Positions 40,681-54,805 of a DNA stretch of 64,000 nucleotides are shown in pieces (positions within the stretch are counted from its first letter, which is position 1; every line of letters starts with the position of its first letter). The stretch lies in the NCBI GenBank assembly GCA_951406725.2, contig OX597823.1, positions 11,098,001 to 11,162,000 on the forward strand. Direction: 5' to 3'. The position numbers and the translations under genes are program-made. The stretch comes from Octopus vulgaris (lineage: Eukaryota). Under the pieces are notes generated by a model. The model was not told the DNA's origin and did no database searches. It worked only from the letters and a program-made list of their open reading frames with translations.

Positions 40681-42617
40681 TCCTACTCAATGTGAATGGC
40701 ATCTATGAATTACACACAATGGTTTGCAAAATTGTTTTTATTTAGAGTTTTGCTGTTTTTTCAAGTACCATATGAGTATTTTTTAGAGTATATATGCTGC
40801 ATTAAACTGACTCTAACTTAGATATACAAAACGATGGGAGGGTTAGTAATGGAATGTTTTTGATTATTAACTCACTCCATGATGGGTCTACACATTATGA
40901 ACAACAATCTCTGATGGCATGTTTTCTTGTTTTTTGTATTTTTTAATGACTTCAGCTTCATCAACTGCAAGGATTGTCAGAGCTTTCTTTTGAGGGGAAT
41001 TCTTTTGGTTAAAGGCCTTATTCATTCAGGATTGACTGATATGGTGCTCTCAACTTGTGTCTCCTTGTTTTTAGCAGTTCATCTTTGCTTGATCATGACT
41101 TATTCAAGTGTATCCAAGATAATATAAATTAATGTTATTAGTCTATACCTTCAAGCACTTCTGTATACAATAATCATCATCATTGCTTTTATGTTTGCTC
41201 TTCTATGGGTTGGATGGGACATTTTAAGAAGCTTTTTATAGCTGAATGCTTTCTCTGATATTAGTATCATCTTGCAACATGCAGGAATATGATATATCTA
41301 TCTTTAAGATCCAGGATATACATGGTTATCAACATTTCTTAAAATAAAGCATTCCATGTGAAGTGACAGTTTGAAATCTGGAAAGAAGTATGTCTACTGC
41401 ATATTTAGATTCTGTATAACTCTTTAAATTTGGGGTTTTGGCATTTGTAGTCTTAATAATTAATGCTGTATATCTCACAGGTTAAAATTGGGTAACTTAG
41501 ATTATACTTTAAAATAAAATATATTGATCAATTATCTTGATATATGACTACTTTTTGTATACTATATAATCTAAAGGTACTACTCCAGAATAATCTGACC
41601 TTTGCCATGATAGCTAAAAGAAATATTATTACTAAATTATGTATCTGCATTGTTTTCTTTCCTTCTATCCAAACATCTATTTTATGTGAAAATACCATAA
41701 TCTTCACATGATTTTTTTTTGTGTGTTTATTTCATTTATTTTTTGTTTTATATATTTGTTTACTTATTTATTCATCATCCTCTGCATCATCATCATCATC
41801 ATCAGCATCATCATCATATTTTCATTGATTGCAGTACAATTTATCCATCATCTACTTATTGAAGTAAATTAGTATTTATCTAGATTATACAAAAAAAAAA
41901 GTGTAAATAATATTGAATATAAATGTGAAATTAACTATATAAAATAATCTTACATGAAATCACTGATATATTGTTTAAAATAATTTCGAAATTTGCAATT
42001 TTATTATTGTGTAAATCTAATAAAATTTTCAAATCTTACATAAAATCATACCATATAGTTGTTCACATAACAGCTCAAAGTAAAAAATGGTTTTATTTAA
42101 CCAGCAATTATTGTGTGTTTAAAACTAGGTTTCAGTTTAACTGCAAATTTTTAAGAAATAACTCTTCATTTTTTCCTATATCTAAATAATGCTTCAAAAT
42201 TCAATTGAAATAAAAGATTATGTTGTTTTTATTATGATTATTATTCAACAAATAAATAAATAATAAAAAGAATCCTTATTATCATTGAAGCAAGATCTCA
42301 AGAAATATTTTTCAATAAATGATGTTTTCTGTATTAATAATGCTCTCATTAGATTTCAAAAATAATATTTGCAAAATAAAACTCTCAGTGCCTGAATATC
42401 TTTGCATATATTTGATAATATTTATTGGTATTGTGGCCAAATATCATGTATTGGTGCTTTCAAAAGTATTTGACATATTCATTAGATTATAAATTATCGT
42501 CTACAAGAAAGAAGCAAAAGATTTATTCTGATAATATTATGAATATACATAATATTGCATGATTCAAAAGGAACACACATGTGTGCACGTACAATGAGAA
42601 ACTCCTATACACTTATA

Positions 42618-42664
<47 letters not shown>

Positions 42665-43420
42665 ATATATCATCATCACCATCATTATAATAATAATAAT
42701 TGTTTTAACATTTTGCATGTTTGCATGGGTCAGATGAGTCTACATGGGGGGGGTAGAATTTCTTGTGGCCTGATGCACCTCCTGATGCCAAGATTTGTCT
42801 GTTTCCAAGCAAGGTAATAATCCCCAACTCTATCAAACAACAAACATAGTTGCATAGAGAGAACTAGAAAGAATCAACACATTTTAGAGGGGCCTTTTGT
42901 TTACAGAGGTTGTCAAAGATGTCAAAACGTATCAAGAAGGCTGAATGTACTTTCACAGTAGACTGCAAGCAAATGGCACCAACTGTGCAGCTGTGGTTTA
43001 CAGTCAGTGAACATGTGAGGCAAGGGGAAATACAAACTCACTCATACAAACACATACTTGTAAAAACACACACACAAACACATGACAAGCTTCTTCAGGT
43101 TCTGTCTACCAAATTATACTCACAAAGTAATCGGTTGATTTGCAGTTTTGTAAAGGAGGCCAGGTGATAGTATCCATACAGCCAGACTAAACTTCTAACC
43201 ACATAGCTCTGAAGCAAACTTTTAACCCACATAACCCAATTTCACTCACATGGTATGGACCAAACATGCTACAGAAAATTAGAAAATGATATAGGCCCAA
43301 GATGCCTAGCATTAGAATGGACTCCAGAACCTTATTGCTGCGAATTGATCTTCACCATTTGATATTCTGCATTTATGAATATATGTACAACATATGTATA
43401 TGTATATACATATATGCTTG

Positions 43421-43461
<41 letters not shown>

Positions 43462-43468
<7 letters not shown>

Positions 43469-43699
43469 ACAAGATAAATTCTTATGCCAGATACGCCGAA
43501 ACAAAAAAATTGTTGATGACCATTAAATTTATGCGTCTCGAAATAAACCGATAGAAATCTCTAAAAAATTCGTTATTACCGTATTGGTCCAATTTCGGTC
43601 CAATCTTGTAAATTATGTATAAATTTTACCTTTAAAGGCATTTTTTGATATGTTGGCCATTGATAAAATTTTTTTCCGAAAAAAATTTTATCCTATATC

Positions 43700-43703
<4 letters not shown>
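43462..43703. mobile_element. Unclassified ~240-bp insert in (TA)n
   Basis: CpG-retaining unique sequence between two (TA)n tracts; 14-bp inverted repeat at 43462-43475 and 43603-43616. Confidence 0.5.
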
Positions 43704-43742
<39 letters not shown>

Positions 43743-44586
43743 ACCAGTAAATCTTATCTTACACATGCAAGTGTGAGAAAGTGGATGCTAAAATGATAAT
43801 GATGTGTCCATAATATATGGACACAATCACATACATACACATACATACATATCCCTAATAATTGATAGGTGTCTGCAAATTGCAGTATTTTTTTTTAAGC
43901 GTTTGCTCTTTATTGCATAGAATTTTGCTGTACAGACCAGACTTTTAGAGGCAATTCTTGCATATTGATAGGCATCTTCAATGAACAGATTTGATAAAAA
44001 CTACAAAAACTGCCATCAGGCTCTCTGTTTCTTTCTCGTCTGATGTTTAGAATCCGGTGCTTTGTTTAATGTATTCTCCCCCATTGTAGCTGTCTGTATT
44101 CTACACATTTCATATAGATTGAATGTAATCCCTTTAAAGAATTTGTTGGCATATTTTTGTGATAATCAGCAGTTTTGATGTTAGCTAAAGAAATATTTTC
44201 AACATTATAAAATGCAAAATATTTATATTTAGTAATTAAGATATATTCAAATTAAAAAGCATTTGTTTGTATATTCTTTTAGTCATATTCTATATACTTT
44301 CAGCATTTGTTGATAAATTCTTTGATCAGCAACTAATTCAATTCTTGCTGTGATAATTATTGCTGTAAATTGAAATATCTGCTTATAAAAATTGCATTTT
44401 ATACTTTTTACTGCATATGATGGTTACTAAGATAGATGTTATTGAATTTTATTTCTCCTTTTATTAGAAACAAGTATTTACTACAAGAAAATAAAATATA
44501 ATAAAGAAGAGAGAGGTTTGGAAGTAGCTAGATGAATTGTATACCTGAGCACTATACTACAAACTCATTATCTATCATCATCATTG

Positions 44587-44623
<37 letters not shown>

Positions 44624-44640
44624 TATTATTATTATTATTA

Positions 44641-45075
44641 AGGTGGCAAGCTGGCTGAATCGTTGGTATACTAGACAAAGTGCTTAGCGGCATTTTGTCC
44701 GTTATTATGTTCTGAGTTCAAATTCTGCTGACATTGACTTTGCCTTTCATTCTTTTGGGGTTGATAAAATAAGTACCACTTAAACACTGGGGCTGATGTA
44801 ATCAACTATACCCCACCCCCAAATTTCTGGCCTTTAGTAGAACTTATTATTATTATTATTTTGTGGTGAGCTGGCAGAATCATTAGTGAGTCAGACAAAA
44901 TGCTTGGTGGCATTTCACTGCTTTTACATTTTGAGTTCAAATTCTACTGAGGTCACCTTTGCTTTTCATCCTTTTGGGATCAATAGAATAAATACAAGTT
45001 GAACACTGGGGTCAATGTAATTGACTTATCCCCTCCCACTGAATTGCTGACCTTCTTGTGTCAAAATTTGGAACA
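44641..45075 (+). mobile_element. Two head-to-tail family B SINEs
   Basis: GAGTTCAAATTC and GC(C/T)TTTCAT...TTTTGGG motifs occur twice (44641-44845 and 44862-45075), separated by (TTA)n. Confidence 0.85.
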
Positions 45076-45627
45076 ATTATTATTATTAATGTTATTATTA
45101 TTTGTTTTAAAGCATTGTACGTCTCTAGAGACAACTCCGGGAATATTGGATCATTACCAATTTTTACTGGATGAAATTTTTTCTGTTTTGGATTATTTTG
45201 CAAAGAGGACACTTTGAAACATTTGGACATCTATCCCAATACCTGGGATAGGCTAAAGGTCTGTCTTTTAGACATTATTTTTTTCCAAAACTTTTCTGTG
45301 TGCTTGTGTTTACTCTCTATTCAGTAAGGCTTTCACTACACAAGGAGTTGTAACATGCATCAGTATGAAAGGATGTAGCTCTGGATATGCTCCCGTTGAA
45401 GCAAAATGATAATAAAATAAATACGAACAAATACTTCAAAAAATGGGAAAATGGCAATGAAACAAACAGATACACTTGCAAACAATGACAGTCATATTTT
45501 AACACCCATAAATACAAATTTGCTCAACATAAGCAAGAGTGTTGTCCACAACAAGAACTTGTGTGATATTAATAAAGGTACTGCCAACAGAACCTTTTCT
45601 AGCATTACAAATTGTAAGTTTTAGTAA

Positions 45628-46028
45628 TCTTTATATATAAAAGTCAAGTTGTGTGTCTGTCTCCTACGATTTAGATTCCTAACTACTCCCACATTTTGCG
45701 GTGCAGTGTAACCAAAAGCGGGTATCTTATAGTCGTGATTCATATCAAGCCCTTCTGGGTATTAGCACGCATCTACGATGAGTCTACGATTTTAAAAATA
45801 ATTTACCATCATTTTTTTCCGTTATAATGCATTTTTTTCGCTATTATATAAAGGAAGTAACTCTCTAAAAATGTCTACGATGAGTCAACGATTTAAAAAA
45901 AAATTTACCATAATTTTTTTCCATTTTTAATGCATTTTTTTTTGCTATTTTTTTGGCTATAACTCTCTAAAAATGCTTATATAGTTATTTCCCTTACAAA
46001 CCCGAGCAACGCCGGGTGATACTGCTAG
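45628..46028 (+). mobile_element. Non-autonomous Helitron with internal ~102-bp tandem duplication
   Basis: A|TCTTTATATATAAAAG...CCCGAGCAACGCCGGG-TGATACTG-CTAG|T. Internal repeats at 45772-45873 and 45874-45975. Confidence 0.88.
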
Positions 46029-48000
46029 TAAGTCATAATGTGGTGTTCCTTCCCTGAGTAATTTATCTGAAAGGTAGAAATTAACATTATCTTGCTGTAT
46101 GAAAACTAGATGAAATTTCCCCATGACCTCAAAGGAACAATTAAAGGAAGTACTTGGTAATATGTAGCACGAAGTATGCTCCATTGATAGGAATATGGTG
46201 GGCCATAGAGAATAGTATGCCTGGTCTTGAATACTTAGGATGAAGCAAGAAAGCAGGCCAGATTGGTGTAACACAGCTTTATTGTATGGAAAACAAGTAT
46301 TAAAATTGCTTTAGAAAGTGGGATTACTGCACTCATTTGACTTTATCTCATATTAATTACACTGTGTTTTAATAACACTGAAGCTTTCTAAATCTGGTAT
46401 TTTTCAACTTTTCTACAGACAGTGGTTGAGCGGTTCAAATCATGTTAGAACAAATTTGCCTGTCATTTATCCATTCAGAGTTTATTATAATCTTCATCCT
46501 TGGAGTAACAACATTTTTATGTCTGCTTTTCTTTGCTGGTATGGGTTGGATAGTTTCTTTAACCTTAAGGCAGTGTTTTAACAGTGAGATGCCATTCCTG
46601 TTGCTAATCCTCTCAGTTGCCTATTATTATGTGTACTTATTCTGAAACTGGGATTACACATGGTAAGCAGTTTCATTAAATATGGAAACAGTCATTAAAT
46701 AAATACATTGGCTATACTCATTAAAACATTACATTGCAATCAATCAAAAAAATAATCAATAATATATTTATTTTATATTTTATTGATTAATTACTTAATT
46801 ATTTTTTAACAACATGAAAGATAAAAATTTAATGAGTGGAAAATGACTTTTACATTTGTCTCTTTTGGTACTGAGTTGTTATAAAATTTTATGTTTTAGA
46901 AATTAATTTTCTAGTGTAGGTTGTATTTTTTTTTTTATTTTAACTCTATTGGTTTTGATTATTTTTACTTGATTAGTAATTTTATAGAAAATTAATAAGA
47001 ATTAATAAGAATAAGCCACAAATTTTATAAGAACTAAAGTTAATTTGATACTAATCCTAGTATTCGCCGTTACTTTTAATCAGATGTGAAAGCTTTACTA
47101 ATGACCCTTTATATCACCTCTAAGACTTGAAGTGGGGAAGGAAGTTACCCTCAAAGTGGACTTTGCTAAAGACACCCAAAATGTCAGGTGGTGGTTTTAG
47201 ACTGGACAACAGCTCGTCTACAACCCAAGTAGGTTATAACCAGTTTTGAACTCAGATTGTAAAGGGTTAGAACAAATATCATGAAGCATACATTTCCGCC
47301 TCCATTGCACTGAATTGGTATTTCTTATCAACCTCTAGAGAATAAAAGGGAAAGCTGACCTCAGCAAGATTTAGGCTCAGATATTTAGATATCAATTTCT
47401 TACATAAGCACACGGGACTACACATTTTTGGAATGTGAGAAAGGGATATTGATAATTTAATCAAACACACCTCTCATGTATTTATGTTATTGTTTGTAAC
47501 TAGATAACAAAAAGAAAAAAAATCAGTGCTTTGAAATAGAGTACCATTGATATTTGTCCTCACTGAGTAACTGACACCTCCTTGTTATTCTTGTCACAAG
47601 AGAAACACTGTGAACCAGTGATGAGTCCTCGGCAAACTTGTAACTATTAACACTGTTGTCCATCCATTACGGTATAAAACAAAATAAAATATTTTATTGT
47701 ATGCACTTTACAGGCATGCATATGTGTATCTGTGTTTAATCTCATTAACAGATGTACATTCTTATAACCATGGGAATAGGATGCTATTTATTAGTTAAGT
47801 ATATAATGATACAGGTAAGTCACCTTAGACGGTTAGAAATTAAATCTGACTACATTCTCCCATATGAGTAATAGAGAAATGTTTACATTTCTGAAACCTA
47901 TGTTAACAAAGAAAGATTTAGTGAGTTTTCTAAATAATACTGCCCTAACTTTAGTGATATGACTAGGTTGAATGTTAGCAGTTGTTACAATGTCACTTAA

Positions 48001-48218
48001 CCCTTTAGTGTTCAGATTATTCTATCAAACATAATGCTTATTGATTCCCATTGATTTGAATTAATCATGCATTATCTCATATCTTCAAGATCTTGATGGT
48101 GTAATTACTTAACGTAGAATAACATTGTAGGGTAGGTATGAGAGCCTGGATCTGGTCAGTTTGAACATAAAACAGATTAGCTATTTTGGCCAGATATGGC
48201 CAGTTCAAATACTAAAGG
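48001..48218 (-). mobile_element. piggyBac-type MITE, family 1
   Basis: TTAA|CCCTTTAG...CTAAAGG|TTAA; reverse complement of 2305-2524. Confidence 0.82.
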
Positions 48219-49083
48219 TTAATGATGTAGCTTCTACATAAATGGCTTAACCTGCTAGAAATAACAACCAAGTCTCCCTTGATTCACCCTCTACTGACTT
48301 AAATAACACATGTTAGATATTGTGGTCCTGGGTTCTTTGCACCTAAGGAAAAGACCATGATGTTATTTTTTTGGCTGGAATGCTTTTGATCATAAGTCTG
48401 CTCAATCAGAGATGGCATTGGGCTAAATAACGATAGCAGTTAGAGCCACAGTAAATCTGACATCACTAATGAAAACTTCATAAAGGCTTGAGTTGATGAG
48501 ATAACTTAACACTTTTGTATAAATGGCTAAAAGTAACAACCTCATATATTCCTCAAAGCCAGTCCCCTACCATCTTGGAAAATGGTAGAACACATTAGAT
48601 AATGCAATCCAAGGCACTCCTAAATTGATAGAATGACTAGAGTGGAATGTTTTGATCATAGCTCTGTCTACTTGATTAATTTTGACAGAGACTAAACAAC
48701 CCACTAGCCAACCGGTCAACTTCATAAAGGTTCATTACCATACAGTAATTTATATGAACTTATTATTGCTTTTCATGTTGCTGGTATCTGTGTGCTATGA
48801 GAAATTAATGAATATCAGTGATTTCTTGACATACAAGCTAAATGATCTCATTGCTATAAAAGCTCTGTGATCTTGTTTCAATATAAATTCAGAGCTCTCA
48901 TTGCATGTGAGATCAGGTTTCATTGACAAGTAAGATCAGTGGACTCCTTGTCATATGAAGCCAGAAGTCTTATTTTCATATAAGCTATTGTCTTTCCATG
49001 CTATTGTAACATTTTATTACTGTGCTGGAGAGTGAGGCATTTACAAGATCAATTTTGCTATTACACATTAACATATATATAAT

Positions 49084-49190
<107 letters not shown>

Positions 49191-49194
49191 TATA

Positions 49195-49593
49195 CATACA
49201 TACACACACATATATAGGCACACACAAGTAGGTATATTTGTATGTTAGTGTATATAAATGTGTGTGTGTACACACACACATTTATACACACACACACATT
49301 CACATATATTTATACATAAGCACGCATACATATTACATATACATGTATATTTATGTGTATATAAACATATCTATATATGTGTGTAAATGTGTGTATATAT
49401 ATATATATATATACATACACACATATATAGGCACACACAAGTAGGTATATTTGTATGTTAGTGTATATAAATGTGTGTGTGTACACACACACACACACAC
49501 ACACATTCTCATATATTTATACATAAGCACACATACATATTACATATACATGTATATTTATGTGTATATAAACATATCTATATATATGTGTAA

Positions 49594-49634
<41 letters not shown>

Positions 49635-49635
49635 C
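49195..49635. repeat. ~213-bp tandem duplication of microsatellite-rich sequence
   Basis: ATAGGCACACACAAGTAGGTATATTTG at 49214 and 49427, with collinear downstream sequence. Confidence 0.9.
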
Positions 49636-50026
49636 ATTGTAACCATTCACTCTTCCAACTGTTGAAATATATTGAACCAGAGTTTCAGGAAGGGTAACAG
49701 ACCTTGATACTCTTCCTGTTGCTAACCCTCACCTGGATAATATTTCTCCAAGGTCAAACAAATTATCAGAGAACTAATTGATCTGTAGTTTTCATAAAAT
49801 CTCTCAGTTGTCTTTTATATTAAATGTTTCTATTTCTTTGTGTTTTAAGATACTTTGTTATTAAGTTTGCTTTAATACAAGATTTTGTTATCTAAAGTGT
49901 CTTTAAATTAATGATAATTTAAAATACTCTTCTAAGAAGGAAGTTGACTACAGAGATTTTGCATCTCTGAGAACTCACCGCCATTTCTGTTATGTTCAAA
50001 CTGAGTTGCAAAATGTGTAGTTTTAT

Positions 50027-50365
50027 ATAACTTAGATAACTTAGATATGTTTCAACCAAAGATTGGTCCAGGCCATGTCTAACTTAATAGCACCACCTGA
50101 TAGGATTATTGGAATCCTGTTTAAGTCAAGTTTTGTTCAAGTAGTGAGTTCTTGTTGGGTGAGTTGTATCCAATTATGGGTGGCTTATCTGGTATTCTTT
50201 GAAGGAATCTATCCAGACTCTGTTTAAAGTTGATGGGATCCTTTTCCTCTTTGATCTCTCTCGGGACAATGTTAAATAGGGCAGGGCCTGTTGAGGAAAA
50301 GAAATTATGTTGCAGTGTACATATATGTTGTGATCTTGAATTGGGCATGGTATGTATGGCCCGTG
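50027..50365 (-). mobile_element. CR1/Jockey-group LINE 3' fragment
   Basis: Translation HNFFSSTGPALFNIVPREIK...FKQSLDRFLQRIPDKPP...NSLLE*, then a short UTR with a stem-loop and an (ATCTAAGTT)2 tail. Confidence 0.75.
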
Positions 50366-50911
50366 GTATACCTATAATTATATCTAAAAAATGGGTGGTG
50401 TTGTAGCCTGAATTTATATTGGAGCTGTATCGAATTATAAATGTAAGGAGGAAGTTATATTTAGGATCTTTATCAGTGTGATCATCTGTAACTGTCAGAA
50501 AACAAACATACACACACACACAAGGAGAAAGAGAAGAGGAAAGAACTACACATTAGTATAGAAAAATTCAAGGTGGAGAGAACTAACTAGAATTGGGTAA
50601 TAATAGCAAAAATTTACAGAAAGCAGAAACAACAAAAATCGTGACTGTAAGTTTCAGGTATTACTGATACTCTGAGTTGCAATTTATACAAGTTCAGCTT
50701 TTGGTATTATTTTACTCTAAACACTCACATGTACATATATACATATGCACATGCACGCGTGCACACACACACACACACATACATACACACATGCAAACAC
50801 ATGTACACACACACATGTGCACATACATGTATATGTGCACACACACATACATGCACATCACAGCTGAATATGTTGAATACTGACTTAAGTTTCATATTTT
50901 GAGTGATCACA

Positions 50912-50980
<69 letters not shown>

Positions 50981-52332
50981 TGTATGTATATATATATCCA
51001 CACACATGCACAAGCACAAATAGACATATGCATACACACATGGATATGTGTGTGTGTATAATGGAAAGAAAGATATTTTGCTGGTGCAAAAACAAAATTC
51101 AATATTATTATGCACTGTAGATTCATGCTTATGTATATCTAAATATCACATTTTGCTATGGTAGGCTCCTATTTATGACTGAGATAAGCAGACAGATCCA
51201 TTTTATTACTACTGAAAAGATTCAAGATAGGGAATCAATAGAAATATTTTATCATCAATGTGATGAACGCAAACACAGAAATGTCAACTTTAACTAATGT
51301 AGATAGATATTTTTGTATAGATGAACTTTATATATATATATATATTTCTGTTGCAGTGCTGATAAAATATGCTTTACACCATTGTGGGAATGACCCTTTA
51401 TGTGCTGACTAGAATTGGTAGAAATAACAGCCAAATCTCTCTCATTTTCTAGAATCTTAAAGAAAGTGAAGAAAAGCACATTAGCTTAATGCTCTTCAGG
51501 GTATTACTATACCTGCAAATAAAAAAAAACCCAATGGTCATGGCTGGAATGTATTTAATCATAGATGTGTTTAATCAGTTTGATTTGGATGTTAAGTAAC
51601 AATGAAGTAATGAAGGTGCCTCTAAGTAGTTGCTCTACCTGCTAGAAATAGTTGACAAATCTCTCACAAATTACACCCTGTTTTTTCAAAGAGAAGGACA
51701 TATATTATGTAGTGTCATATATACAGAAAAACTCGATGGTCATGATTGGAATGTCTCTGATCATCAGTGTGTTCAGTCAGTCTTAACTTGAAGTTTAGCA
51801 ACAACAACACCTAACATCATTTGATCCAGTTTTCTCTATCCATATAAACAGAGCACATTTCTTTAATACGCCCACACATCTTCACTGAAAGAAGTGTTGC
51901 CAATAGCATTCCAAACAGAACTGTTTTCAATGATTTCTATCGTTTCAAATAAAAGAAATTAAATATCTGCAATACACGAAGGATTCTAATTCATAACTAA
52001 ATCTAAAAATAAATTCCTCTATATCAAGAAAATAAATTATTTTAGGAGATTCAATTCAAAACTTAAAATGTTTCTGTAATAGTTATTTTCTTCATTACAC
52101 TATTAAATCAAATTTAATTTTGAAATAACTCCAAAATAATAAAATTCAAAATAGAAGCCGGCATATTTTCAAATTAGGTGTATAAAGAAGGAAGCAAAAA
52201 TATTATTATGAGCAGAATTTTCCTATGTCTTTCATCTCTGAATTTTCAATGAGATCATATTTAGAATAAGAAATCTGTTTGTTGACAATACAGCCCTCCA
52301 TAAACACTCATTAAGCATCAATTTGAACACAC

Positions 52333-52384
<52 letters not shown>

Positions 52385-52440
52385 TTTATTTTTTTTATTT
52401 ATTTAAAAAAATTTTTTATTATTATCATTATTTTTTTTTT

Positions 52441-53114
52441 TGTTGCCCACAAGGGGCTGAACATAGAGGGGACAAACAAGGACAGACAAACGGATTAAGT
52501 CAATTACATCGACCCCCAGTGCCTAACTGGTACTTAATTTATCGACCCTGAAAGGATGAAAGGCAAAGTCAACCTCGGCGGAATTTGAACTCAGAACGCA
52601 GCAGCGGACGAAATAACACAAAGCAATTCGCCCGGCTTGCTAACTAATATTAGTTTCAAATTTTGGCACAGGGCCAGCACTTTTTTTTGAGAGGAGGAGG
52701 AAGATGATTTACATTAATCTGAGTACTTCACTGGTACTATTTCACCAATCCCAAAAGGATGAAAAGTCAAGTCAACCTTGGCAGAATTGGAACTCAGAAC
52801 ATAAAGACAGACAAAATGCTACTAAGCATTTTGCCAAGCATGTTAATGATTCTGCTGCCTTGCTACTAATGATGATGATGATGATGATGATAATGATAAT
52901 AATAATAATAATAAGCAAAAGGCCTGAAATTTGGAGGAAGTGGGTTAGTCTGTTACATCTACCCCAGTGCATAACTGGTACTTATTTAATCGACCCCGAA
53001 AGGATGAAAGACAAAGTCAACCTCAGTGGAATTTGAACTCAGAACATGAAGATAGATAAAATACCGCTTAGCATTTTGCTCGGCATGCTAACAATTCTGC
53101 CAGCTTACTGCCTT
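52441..53114 (-). mobile_element. Three tandem family B SINEs
   Basis: AAAGGATGAAA...AAGTCAACC...GAACTCAGAAC repeated three times (about 52441-52645, 52650-52863 and 52915-53114), with (TAA)n/(GAT)n tracts adjacent. Confidence 0.85.
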
Positions 53115-53388
53115 AATGATGATAACAACAACAACAACTATAATTTCCCCAATTTTAGAGGTTATTTATAGTCAATCACACTACTACCTTTTTTGTTCAA
53201 TCTCAAAAGGATCAAAAGAAAGAATCCCACTTGGAAGGATTTCTGTACACAATGAAAAAGGACATAGCCAAATATTATAGAGTATTTAACCATCATTTCT
53301 GCTTACCACTATTATTAAGTAAGTTATTTAAAATTCACTATGCTGGTGGGTTGGCAGGCAAACTGTTTAGCAGCATTTTGTCTGTCTT

Positions 53389-53730
53389 TCATCATCATCA
53401 TCATCATCATCATCATCGTTTAACGTCCGTTTTCCCGCGCTAGCACGGGCTGGACGGTTCGACCGGTGTCTGGGAAGCCAGGGGCTGCACCAGGCTCCAG
53501 TCTTATTTGGCAATGTTTCTACAGCTGGATGCCCTTCCTAATGCCAACCACTCTGCGAGTGTAGTGGGTGCTTTTACGTGCCACCTGCACAGGTGCCAGG
53601 TGGGTCCGGCATCGGCCACGATCGGTTGGAGCTTTTAACGTGCCACCGGCACGGAAGCCAGCCAAGGCAGCGCTGGCAACGGCTACGTTTGGATGGTGCT
53701 TTTTATGTGCCACCGGCACAGAAGCCAGCC
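53389..53730 (-). mobile_element. Family C young copy with three minisatellite unit starts
   Basis: Same body as 9338-9785; units at ~53567, 53628 and 53695. Confidence 0.85.
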
Positions 53731-54099
53731 AATTTAATAGTACTAACAATCTCTTAAATTTTACATGTAAGGTGGTTTCATACCACATTCAGTGAACCAA
53801 ATCCTCTCTTTGCAACTTCTTCATATTCAATGTGATGAAGTGGTTTTTTTTAAAAATTGTGTATTTTTTCCGCACACTGATTTTGATTATTCCATACCAA
53901 CATGCATTTGTGCGTCTCCCCCACCACCACATAAGCACATATGCATACATATGCAGATACATGCATATATGCTCACATACATAATAGCTTATGCACAGTT
54001 TCTGCCTATTTGACTCAGAACAGAACTGCATTGAAACCAGCTGATACTTTAAACAATGGTGTCTCCTTGACCTTTCTATTGTCTAACTGATACAATATT

Positions 54100-54315
54100 G
54101 GTTTCAAATTTTGGCACAAGACCAGCAGTTTCAGGAAAGGGCTTCAGTCGATTATATTGACTCCAGTGTTCAACTGGTAATTATTTTGACATTGAAAGGA
54201 TATTAGGCATAGTCTCAACTTCAGCGGACTTTGAACAAGAACATAAGAATGGATGAAATGCTGCTAAGAATTTTGCCCAGCTTGCTAAGGATTCTGCCTG
54301 CTCACTGCCTTTAAT
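54100..54315 (-). mobile_element. Family B SINE with 12-bp TSD
   Basis: TSD TGATACAATATT at 54088-54099 and 54316-54327. Confidence 0.82.
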
Positions 54316-54337
54316 TGATACAATATTAAGACGGAAT

Positions 54338-54552
54338 AAGGCAGTGAGCTGGCAGGAACGTTAGCACGCCAGGCAAAATGCTTAGCAATATTTTGTCTGC
54401 CTTTATGTTCTGAGTTCAAATTCTGCCGAGGTCAGTTTTGCCTTTCATCCTTTTGGGGTCGACAAATTAAGTACCAGTTGCATACTGGGGTCAATTTAAT
54501 TGACTCCAGCCCTCCTCAAAAATTTCAGGCTTTGTGCCTAGAGTAGAAAAGT
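54338..54552 (+). mobile_element. Family B SINE
   Basis: AAGGCAGTGAGCTGGCAG...GAGTTCAAATTC...GCCTTTCATCCTTTTGGGGTCG. Confidence 0.87.
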
Positions 54553-54805
54553 ATATTAACACAGAGTAAGTGCTGGATGTAAAATAATCCATTAATGATT
54601 TAGTCACTATAGCTAAACTTAGATATAATCTGCTTTTTAATTTTATCTATTTAACAGTAAAAAGCCACCAGAACTATAAACAAATTATTTGTTCATAATT
54701 AGAATGATACTTGGAAAAAACCTCTGTGGCAAACCCACTTCTCTTGGTGTCCTAAGTACATACCTGTTTTGCTTAAGTGCATATTTTGTTTTGTTCATTT
54801 GGAAG

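Noticed and set aside
50366-50519. N-terminal part of the 132-aa ORF; weak Penelope-RT-like TTHFLDIII
   Set aside because: The ORF starts in a (TG)n tract; only the C-terminal CR1-like part is supportable, and the Penelope match is too short.
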